In this document: piece after piece, positions 12,881-23,505 of the stretch
Position numbering within the stretch: the first letter of the stretch is position 1
Layout of the letters: every line of letters starts with the position of its first letter
NCBI RefSeq assembly: GCF_037042905.1
Contig: NC_087251.1
Coordinates: forward strand, 47,556,001-47,616,000
Origin: Lytechinus pictus
Lineage: Eukaryota
Length of the DNA: 60,000 nucleotides
Reading direction: 5' to 3'
Notes under the pieces: model-generated
What the model saw: only the letters and a program-made list of their open reading frames with translations
What the model was told of the DNA's origin: nothing
Databases searched by the model: none
Position numbers and translations under genes: made by a program

Positions 12881-14740
12881 TATGGGCATTTTCACGGTAA
12901 CTGACATTACACGGCACAATGTTTTCGCACCTTTCATTGTGTGTATCTCTAAAACAACAAATGATGGGAGTTTGCTTTTGATAGAGTTAATGAAGTGAAC
13001 CTTGCTGTATACTCTGATACTAAGTTTTCCTATGTAACCACATTTTCTTACGCATCAGCAAGCAAAAATGTGTCGGTAACTGACATTACGCAAAAGGACA
13101 GGCAATTTCAGGGTGTTCATTAAAATTGAAATATCTCATGTCCCTGAGTAGATAGAGTAATAATTTGAATATGTAAATATACCTCCGTTACTAGGTTAAG
13201 ATGTGTCAAAATATTAAACAATTCGTTTTTGTCTTTTGGGGACTATGATCATTTTTCCACAACCATGCTGGTAACTGACATTACGGTAACTGACATTACA
13301 CTTAATTTGCCATAGAGATAACACATGGAAGTCAAATGTGTGGAATCATTGCATTGTATGTTCTGTGCAGGGCTTCACATGAAAGTGAGCTTGTGGAAGT
13401 ATACCCGAGTTTTTAGGAACATTTCAATGAAAAAAAAATTTCTTTTTCTTAATTCCTTTCTTTGATTTGAACATTTTTATCATTACTTGTCGGAAACTGA
13501 CAATACACATTAACATTTACCAGTGCTATATGATTTTCAAAGGCATAATTTTCTTGGTACTTATATGTAAGGCTTTTTAAAATCATAAAAGTTTCATAAT
13601 ACTTCACATTTTTAATTATCCAAAGATAAGAAATGTATGTTTTACTTACTCGGGGGGGGGGGGGGGGGGGTCATAGCAGCTACATGTTTTCCTATAGTAA
13701 TTTAATATTGCATTGACTGTACACATGGATTTTTCTGACTATACACCCATAATATATTCATCAGTTTTATATTGACTTTTTAAACCTTTTCCTTCTCCAA
13801 CCTCCCCCTCCCCTCAAAAAAGGCAAAATGAATAAGGGGCAATAGGTTGGGAAAAGTACCCCCTACCCCCCCCCCGAAAACCAAACAAAAAATTGTCTGA
13901 TACAAACATAGGTACTTGGTAAGTGCATGTACAAAACAATTTCATAGCAATTTTTTTTTTGCACGATGGGAATGCAACTTCCTTCATAATTTCATATAGT
14001 ATTCCTTGTGAACTATACCTTTTAAAAGTCAATAGCAAGCTCCTTCTGGTGTGACTTTTAAAGTGAAAGACTTAAATAACAAGTATATAATATTTTTTCA
14101 TAAAATTGACCACATATTTGCATTTCAATATTGGTAACCAACGTTTTATCATGGTAACTGACATTACATCTCGGTAACTGACATTACATTTTCCACTTGG
14201 TAACTGACATTACATATATTTAATGGTACCCTATGGCTTCATTGTTAATTGGTAATCTTTAATTTTGGTGTAGAAGGGAGGGGTGTTACCTAGAGAGGAA
14301 ATCTACCAAGTTTCATATAATGTATCCTCTTTTCCAGGAAATGAGAAAAAAAAGTTCATGTTTTCGGTAACTGACATTACATACCATATCACATACTTCA
14401 TCAATGTTTTTTTATCAGATGAATGAATTACTGGTGTTTCTTTCTGTGGGATTTTAAAAAGTGTTATAATAGCAAGCTAAATCACAGGCGAAAACATCAT
14501 GATCAAACCTGTTCTTTAAAAATCTGTCAAAACAAAATATGTATCAATATACTATTTTCAACACTAATTTGTATCCATACTTTGGCAGCCATTTTGAAAT
14601 AAAAAATGGCTGCCAGAGTCGGAAAAAAATTTTGTCTCTGAAACTTCAGGTCTTGTTTTATTAAAAAACATAAAGCATTTGACATGAATATCAACTTGAT
14701 TTTTTTGCCTCTGTGTCCATCTGTGGTGAAAATGCCCATA
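12881..14740. mobile_element. Non-autonomous DNA transposon with 15-bp TIRs and internal GGTAACTGACATTAC repeats
   Basis: tatgggcattttcac ... gtgaaaatgcccata; about 9 copies of ggtaactgacattac inside. Confidence 0.7.
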
Positions 14741-15386
14741 TAGGTTTAGCCATTGTGGTTAGATCACCTGAATGACTTGGTATTGCAAAAAGTGACAATA
14801 TATCCAAAAGTTGCCAAAATATAGGCCTACAATTAACATTACAAATTATGCAAATGTGTATGTACCTGTTTTACAACTTTTTCGACTAATTGAGTGGTAC
14901 GGAAGGTATGTACTCAACTTCAGGTTGACTGTCAAAAAAATTGTAATATGTACCCGCAACTCTTGGAAATGTGTACTTCATAATTCTATTATAAAAATGA
15001 GCTTTACAAATAAAAAATAAATATAAAAGAATCTTACACTGAGATGTCATTACACAGGTGAACAGTAATGGTAAAAAACAAAACAACAACTTGAAATTAT
15101 CAGATACATTATGGCTTCCCACTGCTGCAAAGTCTAACCTGGTTCTTGCAATCATTATAAATATATTGTATATGTTCTCAAACAGATCCTGTACATGTCA
15201 GATGTCCATGTACAATTGTATTTGATCCCGATAAAACAATTACACAAGTCTTAACATAAGATACAGTGTATTTACATTTTTTACAACAATATCAAAATGT
15301 GAATGCCATACATGTTGCTGAATCTAGATTTAGATTCAACATGGTATCACTAGCTGTTCAACTCACAGTTCATACATGAATTCATG

Positions 15387-15547
15387 TCAGCTATCAGATA
15401 ACTTGGACTTTTTGCTTGAAGTTGAATCCCAGTCCTTTGCTTCTCTTTTTCCAGCCTGGTTGTCATTACTGTCTGCTTCATTTGAGACATCTTGCTCTTC
15501 GTCTTCATCTTCATCTTCATCCAAATCAACATCATCGGAATCACTGC
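15387..15547 (-). CDS. GON7: GON7-like exon 2 (acidic tail GSDSDDVDLDEDEDEDEE...KKSKLSDS*)
   Basis: ctacctttcag acceptor, phase 1 matches exon 1, ends at TGA; acidic stretch plus basic C-terminus resembles human GON7. Confidence 0.65.
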
Positions 15548-15692
15548 CTGAAAGGTAGAGATAGATAGATAGAGAGAGAGAGTGAGAGGAAATGATTTAT
15601 ACGTATGTAGTTTAAGCTCCCACAGGAGACACCTTCAAAATCAGGCTAGACAGACACTGGAAATACAGGCACAATGATTCCCAGTACTCTTA

Positions 15693-16741
15693 CACTGTTA
15701 AAAATAGTTAGTCCAAGCTGCCAGTAATAATTTCTTTTTTTTTTACAGTGACTGTAAAAAAAAACAGTACCAGTAATTATTACTGGCAGCTGGGATTCAC
15801 AACAGTATGAACTGTTAAAGGTCAAGTCCACCTCAGAAAAATCAGACAAGCACAATGCTGAAAATTTCATCAAAATCGGATGTAAATTAAGAAAGTTATG
15901 ACATTTCAAAGTTTCGCTTATATTTAACAAAATAGTTATATGAACGAGCCAGTTACATCCAAATGAGAGAGTCGATGATGTCACTCACTCACTATTTCTT
16001 TTGTTTTTTATTGTTGTAATTATATAATATTTCAATTTTTACGAATTTGATGATTAGGACCTCCTTGCCTGAAGCACAAAATGTTAAAATAATGGAATTC
16101 CACATGTTCAGGGAGGAATGAAACTTCATTTCACATGACAATGACGAGAAAATCAAAATATTTCATATTTAATATAATAAAATACAAAAGAAATAGTGAG
16201 TGATGTCATCAGTTCCCTCATTTGCATACCTACCGAGATGTGCATATAACTGTTTTGTGAAACGAAGCGAAACTTTAAAATGTCATAACTTTCTTATTTT
16301 ACATCCGATTTTGATGAAATTTTCAGTGTTATGCTTGTTGAATTTTTTCTCTTTTTATTCAAATCAAGTTTTTGTTGGGGTGGACTTGTCCTTTAAATTA
16401 CAAAGGGCTGTAAAAATGCAAAAATACTGGATAAGTGTAAAAAAAACAAAACATTTTAACCATTCATTTAACATGAAAATCTCTGTTAATTTACAAATAC
16501 CATAGATGCACTGCAATCAACGTAAAAACATGATAGTTAATTCATATTTTTACAAAGATTATTAAATTATACTTTGTTTTACATTTAACTTGTAATTTTG
16601 TTTTACATTTAACTTGTAATTTTAGTTATCACTGCTTAAAACCGTTTGGTTTGTTAAATCCTTGTGTTGTCTGTCTTAAAAAGGTAAACATCCTGTAAAT
16701 TTATGATTTTTCTTTGGAAAATTACTAATACTTTAACAGTG
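15693..16741. mobile_element. CACTG-ended element containing a TTAA-flanked MITE (15819-16392)
   Basis: cactgttaaa/tttaacagtg termini; inner TTAA-aggtcaagtccac...gtggacttgtcct-TTAA; second copy of the inner element at 29814-30316. Confidence 0.7.
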
Positions 16742-16793
16742 CAGTGTAGATATCATCCATCACCTACTTGCCCATCTGCAGCTGCCTACTTAA

Positions 16794-17388
16794 AGGGGAA
16801 TCCAACCCAAATAAAAACTTGTTTTTATAAGGAAAAGAAAAATCAGACAAGTTGATAGGTGAAAGTTTGAACAATATTGGACAAACAACAAGAAAGTTAT
16901 GATTTTTTATAAGTTGTAAATATTGGTAATCACTATACCCATGGAGACTTCAAATTGGCCGCATATGGGATGTCATAGTGATGTAAGGCAAGGACTACTC
17001 TTCCATGTACTCCAATACATACTATGGCTAAAATGTCATTTTTCCTAAAAGTTTTATTTCAAATTATATTTTTCTTTTATGATGACATAAAACAATATAC
17101 TACCTGGGTTATATTTAGATTACTGCCCCAGGGGAATGGGTACTTAGAAGAACACCACAAATCCCTGATAATAAAGTACATGGCCTATGGGAAAGTTGTC
17201 CTTGCCCCTTATCATAATTTACTTACCCAGTTGCCAATTTGAAATCTACATAGTATTAGTGATCTCAATTTTAAAGCAGCTATAACTTTCTTATTGCTTG
17301 TCTGATTTCTTTCAAACTTTCACCATTCTGTTTAATTTATTTTTCTCCTTCCCAACACAACATTTTATGGCCAAGGCTGGATTCCCCT
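16794..17388. mobile_element. TTAA-flanked MITE (Kolobok-like)
   Basis: TTAA-aggggaatccaacc ... ggctggattcccct-TTAA. Confidence 0.75.
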
Positions 17389-17661
17389 TTAAAAAATAAA
17401 AACAAAAAATGAACACAATTTAACTGTTTTTGTTTACCATAACTTAATATACTAGAGTAGAGTACGGTATAATATTATTTTAAACTAGGGTCAAAGTGAA
17501 AGTCAAACTTTTTACACATCTCGATTCTCGTCATCTGGGGCCATATCTCTCTCTTTCTTGGCTTACTTTTAGGGTACTCATCTTTCTTTATCTAATCTAC
17601 TTGTCTGCTTGTTTATCTTCCTATGTTGTTGTTGTTGTTGTTATCTTCCTACTTGACTTAC

Positions 17662-17959
17662 CAGCGGCTGGATCACCAGTGGGATCCTCTCGCTCTCCAT
17701 CGCCTCCGCCGGAGCCTTCGGCAGATCCGCATTTGCTTTGCCGCTGGAGCTTCGCACCACCATTTTTTAGAGCATTCTCTTGCTTTTCCTTTTCCACCTG
17801 AGCCGTTAAAAATGTATTTAGATCTCCCTGCATTGCAGCAATAGCCCCTCGAAGCGACTGGTGTGTAAATTTACCGTCATTTGTATCCACGTCATACTTA
17901 AAAGTAGATCTTTCACCGGATTTTAATGACAATTCGCATGAGACAATGGGCGCCGCCAT
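17662..17959 (-). CDS. GON7: GON7-like (EKC/KEOPS subunit, C14orf142) exon 1; spliced product about 152 aa
   Basis: MAAPIVSCELSLKSGERSTF...LRGAIAAMQGDLNTFLTAQVEKE; GCTG|GTAAGT donor; layout resembles Gon7; neighbour of LYSET as in human. Confidence 0.65.
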
Positions 17960-17990
17960 GTTTGATTGGCTAGGCGCATTCACGTCACAT
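17950..17990 (-). promoter_or_regulatory. GON7 proximal promoter motifs (YY1-like site over the ATG, CCAAT, CRE-like)
   Basis: Minus strand reads tgacgtga...gCCAATcaaacATGGCGGC. Confidence 0.45.
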
Positions 17991-18572
17991 AAGCTTTAAA
18001 ACTTGCTGAGGGATTCTAGTACTATTTCATTTTAAACCAACGTTATTCACCCCAAAAATATGAAATAGTTTTTAAATTATATTTTAAGTATAAAATTAGT
18101 TTATATTGTCGTTGAAATTCCTATAATGAATCACATATACCGGTACTTTTACAATTGATAATTGATTGATGACTGAACTCTGAAGTGATGTCGTGGAACT
18201 CTTGCTTTGCCTTTGGTCTTTTGGACAAAATTTCTTCTTTTAAATACACTCATTTGTTATTCGCTGTACAGTTTCGGTAAATATTCCTAGAAATCTTCTA
18301 TATACAGTTGAGTAGATCAACTACTAGATTAACAAGAAAAAAAGCTGTGGAGTTCTCTAGTAAATATCAAAGCCAAGATTCCAAGAAATGAAGTTAGCAA
18401 GTTTTAGTTAGTGTCCCATGTGCTTAGATCTGTGTAAGTGTCACTGACTTGCACCCTACATTCAGCACTTGACAATCACAAGGTACGATAATACGAGACT
18501 GGAAGAAGAAGATAGTTTTGAAACTTATATTAGTAGTTTTTAATTTTAGTACTACAGTGGTTACCTCAAGTG

Positions 18573-19471
18573 TATACCGTAGACAGCTGGCAGCCGTCTG
18601 TTTCGAGGAGTTTTTTAACATTTAAATATTTTAATTTCTCCTCGTACGCAGACGGCTCGCCATCGTGCAGCCACCATTAAGGGGTTAATAATGCAAATCA
18701 CCCCGACGGGGCTCATCGATTTTTGTCTTAATTTCATAAAAATATATAAAAAAGAACTACCAAAATGATTATTCCGTTTTGGACTGAAATGCACCAACCG
18801 GGGGAAAAACAGTGACTTACTTTGGCTGTCGCATAACTTCACTTTCCAGTTTTATCCGAACTTAATAAAAATATGGCCATTATGGCGGTTGTGACAAGAT
18901 GACTAACTCATATTTTGGAAATGTTCTAACATAAATTCTGGAGTGACGAATTAGTGACAAGAGGAGTACCAATGTTATCACACGAGTTGACGTTCATCAC
19001 TCAGAGTCATACAAGTCAATGCTTTATCGCATACACTGTAACACGCATAACGAATCATGTATTCATTGTCATAGTGCCAAGTTTTGAACCAAAAATGCAC
19101 ATTATATCTGATCATATTTTTTACCTCTACTGGCACTAAACATCAAACTAAAGATTATACTACGGAAATATTAAGATAAATTCAACTTACAACATTAATT
19201 GGCATCTCCAGATTGACATGAATTTTAGAAAAAATCCCCAAATGACTCATTCTATCTCAAAGAAAATTTTGATTCTCGATAAATCAAGTACGCCCTCACT
19301 CTGCAAGTTCGAGAAACAAATCCAAAACTCTCGCTTCTGACGTCATCGCAAAAATTCAGAAGCTCGTATTTACAGCCATTGAGCTAGAACTTCGGTCTCT
19401 GTATTTGGTGAGTGGAGCCAACAGAGTTTAGCGGAACAACCAACATAACAGAGACCGAAGCTTTTGGTCTA
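18573..19471 (+). mobile_element. Non-autonomous element with 9-bp TSD (CCTCAAGTG), copy 1
   Basis: Both ends homologous to 58956-59435; direct repeat at 18564-18572 and 19472-19480. Confidence 0.8.
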
Positions 19472-20398
19472 CCTCAAGTGATGTTCGTGCAGGCTCCACT
19501 CCACTTCATTACCGCTACACTACGCCTCACCTACCCAAAAAAGCAAGGTCCAAAAGTCGCTCTGATACTCCCGAGTGGCAAAGGTGGGAAAAAATGCATA
19601 TTTACATGTATTGTAAAAATCCTACACAGAAACTAGCTTAAAAAGAATAAGAAGCTTAATTTCTTACTTTTCATCCTAATTTCACTCCATATCCATCCTC
19701 CGGTTAGCCTCAAAATTGGTGATTTAGAGCCAACATCGAGTTCCTCACACGTATAAATAATTCGCTGCCAATTTCAAAACATCGCAGACGTGAGCGAGAC
19801 TGAATTTTAGATTTTAGTGAAATGCCTCAAATTCAATATATTTTTTACCATTTTGTCTGGGATTTTTGACAAATATCCGCCTGTATTCCAAATCGCTATT
19901 TAGGGGACAGAGGATTGCACTACATCTCATTATTTTGTTTTTTATCTTCGTGATTTAATTGAAGGTAAATTAAACTAGAGATTGTTGACGTGCATTATTC
20001 TTGTGGCCATTCACACTTAAAAAAAAACTGACCAGTGTTGGTCTCGTCACTGGGAGTCTTAGGACATGAACCAGAAAGTAGGTGTAGGGTTTGATGGTTG
20101 AAAAATCAGTACCACAACATGACAAATGTGAATGTTTAGATAGTATGACAGGGTAAACATTATTATAACACCATCTCTACTGTCTAAGAGGAGTTACTAA
20201 AGCTGAATCTTGTTCCTTTACAACTACATACATTGAATAGCTATCTCATTTTATTTGCTCACTCCTTTGACTAAAACCTTTCAATTTGAGAAAAAAAGGA
20301 CATGTGCTACATGTAATCTCTCTCTTTTTTGTTCTTGCCTTATTTTAGATTTCTGTCCTTTGACATCGTGTATACAATAAATACACAAATGAAGAAAG

Positions 20399-20809
20399 AT
20401 GAAGTTCCGACAGAGGATGAGCTGGTTGTTCATAGTCTTATTCCTAGGTCTCAGCTGTCTACTATGGTACTTCATCTTTGAGCTCAGTGACCAGTACAAT
20501 ACCCTGGCCCTAGACCACGTCCAGACCTACTCCGACACCCTCCGCCTCAACCCCCATCAACTCACATGGTACATGTCCGTCACCAGGCGACTGGTCGCGC
20601 TTCCATTCTGGTTCTGGGCGCTTGTCTTCGGGATCCCCTACCTGCAGGTCTTCTGTATCTTGATAGCGTGCACGAGGAGTGACCCACTTAGCGCCACCAT
20701 CATGGTGGTACCCGTCTTCCTATGCATGAAGCTGACTAATCTCGGTAGCAAATCGGAGAGAACAGAGTATTTGTCGGACGAGGATATACCCCACTTGCAA
20801 ACGACATGA
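20399..20809 (+). CDS. LYSET: Lysosomal enzyme trafficking factor LYSET/TMEM251, 136 aa
   Basis: MKFRQRMSW, YNTLALDHVQ, LPFWFWALVFGIPYLQVF, CTRSDP match human MNFRQRMGW, YNRLALEHIQ, LPFWVWTVIFLVPYLQMF, CTRADP; acceptor at about 20348, probable 5' UTR donor at about 19965. Confidence 0.93.
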   Translation: MKFRQRMSWLFIVLFLGLSCLLWYFIFELSDQYNTLALDHVQTYSDTLRLNPHQLTWYMSVTRRLVALPFWFWALVFGIPYLQVFCILIACTRSDPLSATIMVVPVFLCMKLTNLGSKSERTEYLSDEDIPHLQTT

Positions 20810-21051
20810 CGTCTAATGTGCAGCTGATGTACATTGTGCTCCAGGAGTGAAGAAATTTCTATTTATTGACCTAGATGGTGCAAAGTGAAATATCGTTTCC
20901 TGTGGATCATTGTAATGCCAGGAGTGGCAAAATGGTGCAGAATTCAACTCTGAACATGGTATTTTTCATGAATCAGAAGGGTGAATGGAGACATTTAGTC
21001 TAGTCTTTCTTTCACTTTGATGTAGAACATTTGCATGTTATCACAGTTATA

Positions 21052-21236
21052 TTGTGCTGCACTCAACCCAGGTGAGGTGAATGGGTAACTGGCAGGAATT
21101 TATTCCTTGAAATGCCGAGCGCGTAAAAGCTGCTTGAGCTACAGCCAGGGTAATGATGTCCAAGTTCTTTGGAAGCGCATAGAGACGTTATTCATAATGT
21201 GTTATGCGCTATACAAGAACTGACTATTATTATTAT
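21052..21236 (+). mobile_element. SINE 3' fragment
   Basis: gctgcactcaacccaggtgaggtgaatggg core and (att)n tail, homologous to 34623-34920. Confidence 0.7.
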
Positions 21237-21350
21237 CACTTTACGTGATCTACACACTATTGAATGAACAATACATTTGTATTTCATCTCTCACTGGAGA
21301 ATATATATTGAGAAATCTCTTATTCTAACATTGTTTCTCTAAGTTTAATG

Positions 21351-23505
21351 CCGGGGGGGGGGGCCACTTCCATTCACGAGTGGATACCATGCGCGACCAT
21401 GGGGTCTCGAAAAGCACCCTAAAAACGTAATTTCCATATTCTGAAAATGCACCCCTTAACAAGTATTGGCGTGTGAAACCCTACCCTTAACAAGTATTGG
21501 AAACAAAACGATCCTCTTGGCAAATATTCCCTGAAATGAACCCCTAAACAAGTACAGGAATGTTTTTATTTCGCGGGTCCTTCGGTCGTCGGCTTTACCT
21601 TATTTGGGACCTTTCGCAGTCCTCACGGACGCTAATATTAGGGTCCCCTAACACAAAAGTTCACGCTTAATCATACACTTGATTTTTAAGATTGATTGTG
21701 CATTATAGTCAATAGAATCAAACGTAGAAAACTGCTCTACAATCAATGCTAAGCTTTGTGTTACAGGGGGGTTACAGGCCCTACAGATCTGCTTTTCGTG
21801 TGCAAAATCCTTTTCCGCGACACCCACCATACATGCATGTATATTACGACTGGTGGCTGGAGATATTCGAAATGCAGGACCTAAAATAGATTATGACATG
21901 GATAAGAAAGTGGTTTTTCAAACTTATTGAGTGAGGAAAAACTTACTGAATGAAGGCTTAGATATAGATCATTACAGTCCATCGAATCGATATTACATTT
22001 AATGTGGATTATTGGTGGATCACTGGCAATTGATTTCATGGGTCAGATCAACCTCTCCAGCCGAAAATTTCGCACGCGTTGATATGTGCACAGCATATGC
22101 AATACGTTTGAACTCGTTTCTTTTGTTTCTTTGTTTCTTTTGTTTCTTTTGTTTACTCCTTCTACACAAACGATATGCCTCTCGCACACGATGTAATGGG
22201 CATTATGTTTTACTTTCCCCAGAAATGGGGGATTAGATTCAAATTCCGGGGGAACCACTTCCATTGATGAGTGGATACCAGGCACGACCATGAGGTTTCG
22301 AAAAATACCCTAAACAAGGGAAGCAATTCTTTTCCAGATTATGAAAATGCATCTCTTAACAAGTATTTGGCTTGTGAAGTATTGGATATATATCCCTTTT
22401 TTTCAGCATTTTAAACATCGTTTTGACACCCTTATTACGTTACATAGGCCTATAAGTAACGTACCTGCCCACTCTGTCCCCTTTAACGCGTGTTCGCTCC
22501 TGGTATCCACTAATCAATGGAAGTGGGCCCCCCGGGCGGCCTCTCGAGCTCTAGGAGGAGTCAAATGTGGCTTTGGAAAGTCGTCCTCAATCGGATATAT
22601 CGCTGTTACTATAGTAGCAACCAGAATTTTGCACACGAAACGCATATTGAATGTTTCCGTCGCAGATGCGAAACGAAAAAAATAATCTCATGTCACACAA
22701 TTTGCATTGCAGGACAGAGTTTACGACCATGATGACGGGCCCAAAAAGTCTCTTCCAAAATCAACTACCGTCTTAAATAAGCGTGCGCGTCCTCAAACGA
22801 AAGGTCGGGATTTGGTTTAGTACGACCCCAACTTCTTCTTCTTCTTCAAGCTACACTGCCTCCTTCAATCCTGAAGATTCTTGCAGTATTGTAGTACCGG
22901 GGACCGGCAGGTGCAATACACCGGGTGAACACCCTACTCTTTGACGAATAGTGTATTGGTTTTAACGAGCATAGGTTGTGACTCTCCTATACACGGGACC
23001 AACATTTGCGTCCTTTCCGATGGACGGAGTGTTTTCCAACTGCATTCAAACCCGCACTGAACACAGCGGTGAGGCACGTTAACACACTACGCTAGCATCA
23101 GTTTTTTTTGTTAGACGTCTTCCGGCATGCTGCGGGACTCGAACCCACGCACGTTGAGATCTACGATCTTTTCCGGAACAGGCGCTCTAACCGACTGAGC
23201 TACACTGCCCCGCCCCTTCTACTTCTACACCTCGCGCAAATCGGACTCTAAACACGAAGTGTTGGGGGCAAAAAGGACATCCTTTATAAAACATTTTAAT
23301 TTTGTTTTATCATCCCCGCAAATTCGACCCTATAAACACGTAATTTTCCTCGCGAAATAGATACCCTTTTTTCATTATTTTTGTGTTTTTGACACCCTTA
23401 TCACGTTACGTACGTAACGTGCCCTATCGTGAAAAAGACATCCTTTTTACGTGTTTTTTTGGTCGCGCATGGTATCCACTCGTCAATGTAAGTGGCCCCC
23501 CCGGG
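21351..23505. mobile_element. CCCGGG-ended (MULE-like) element with nested insertions
   Basis: About 45-bp TIRs (gccacttccattcacgagtggataccatgcgcgacc / ggtcgcgcatggtatccactcgtcaatgtaagtggcc), TSD GTTTAATG; related inner copy at about 22245-22536. Confidence 0.8.
22831..23210 (-). mobile_element. tRNA-derived SINE
   Basis: Minus strand A box gtgtagctcagtcgg, B box ggttcgagtccc, (GAA)n tail. Confidence 0.8.

Noticed and set aside
15350..15544. ORF-track protein MIPMMLIW...
   Set aside because: Wrong frame; the spliced GON7-like exon uses another frame ending at 15387
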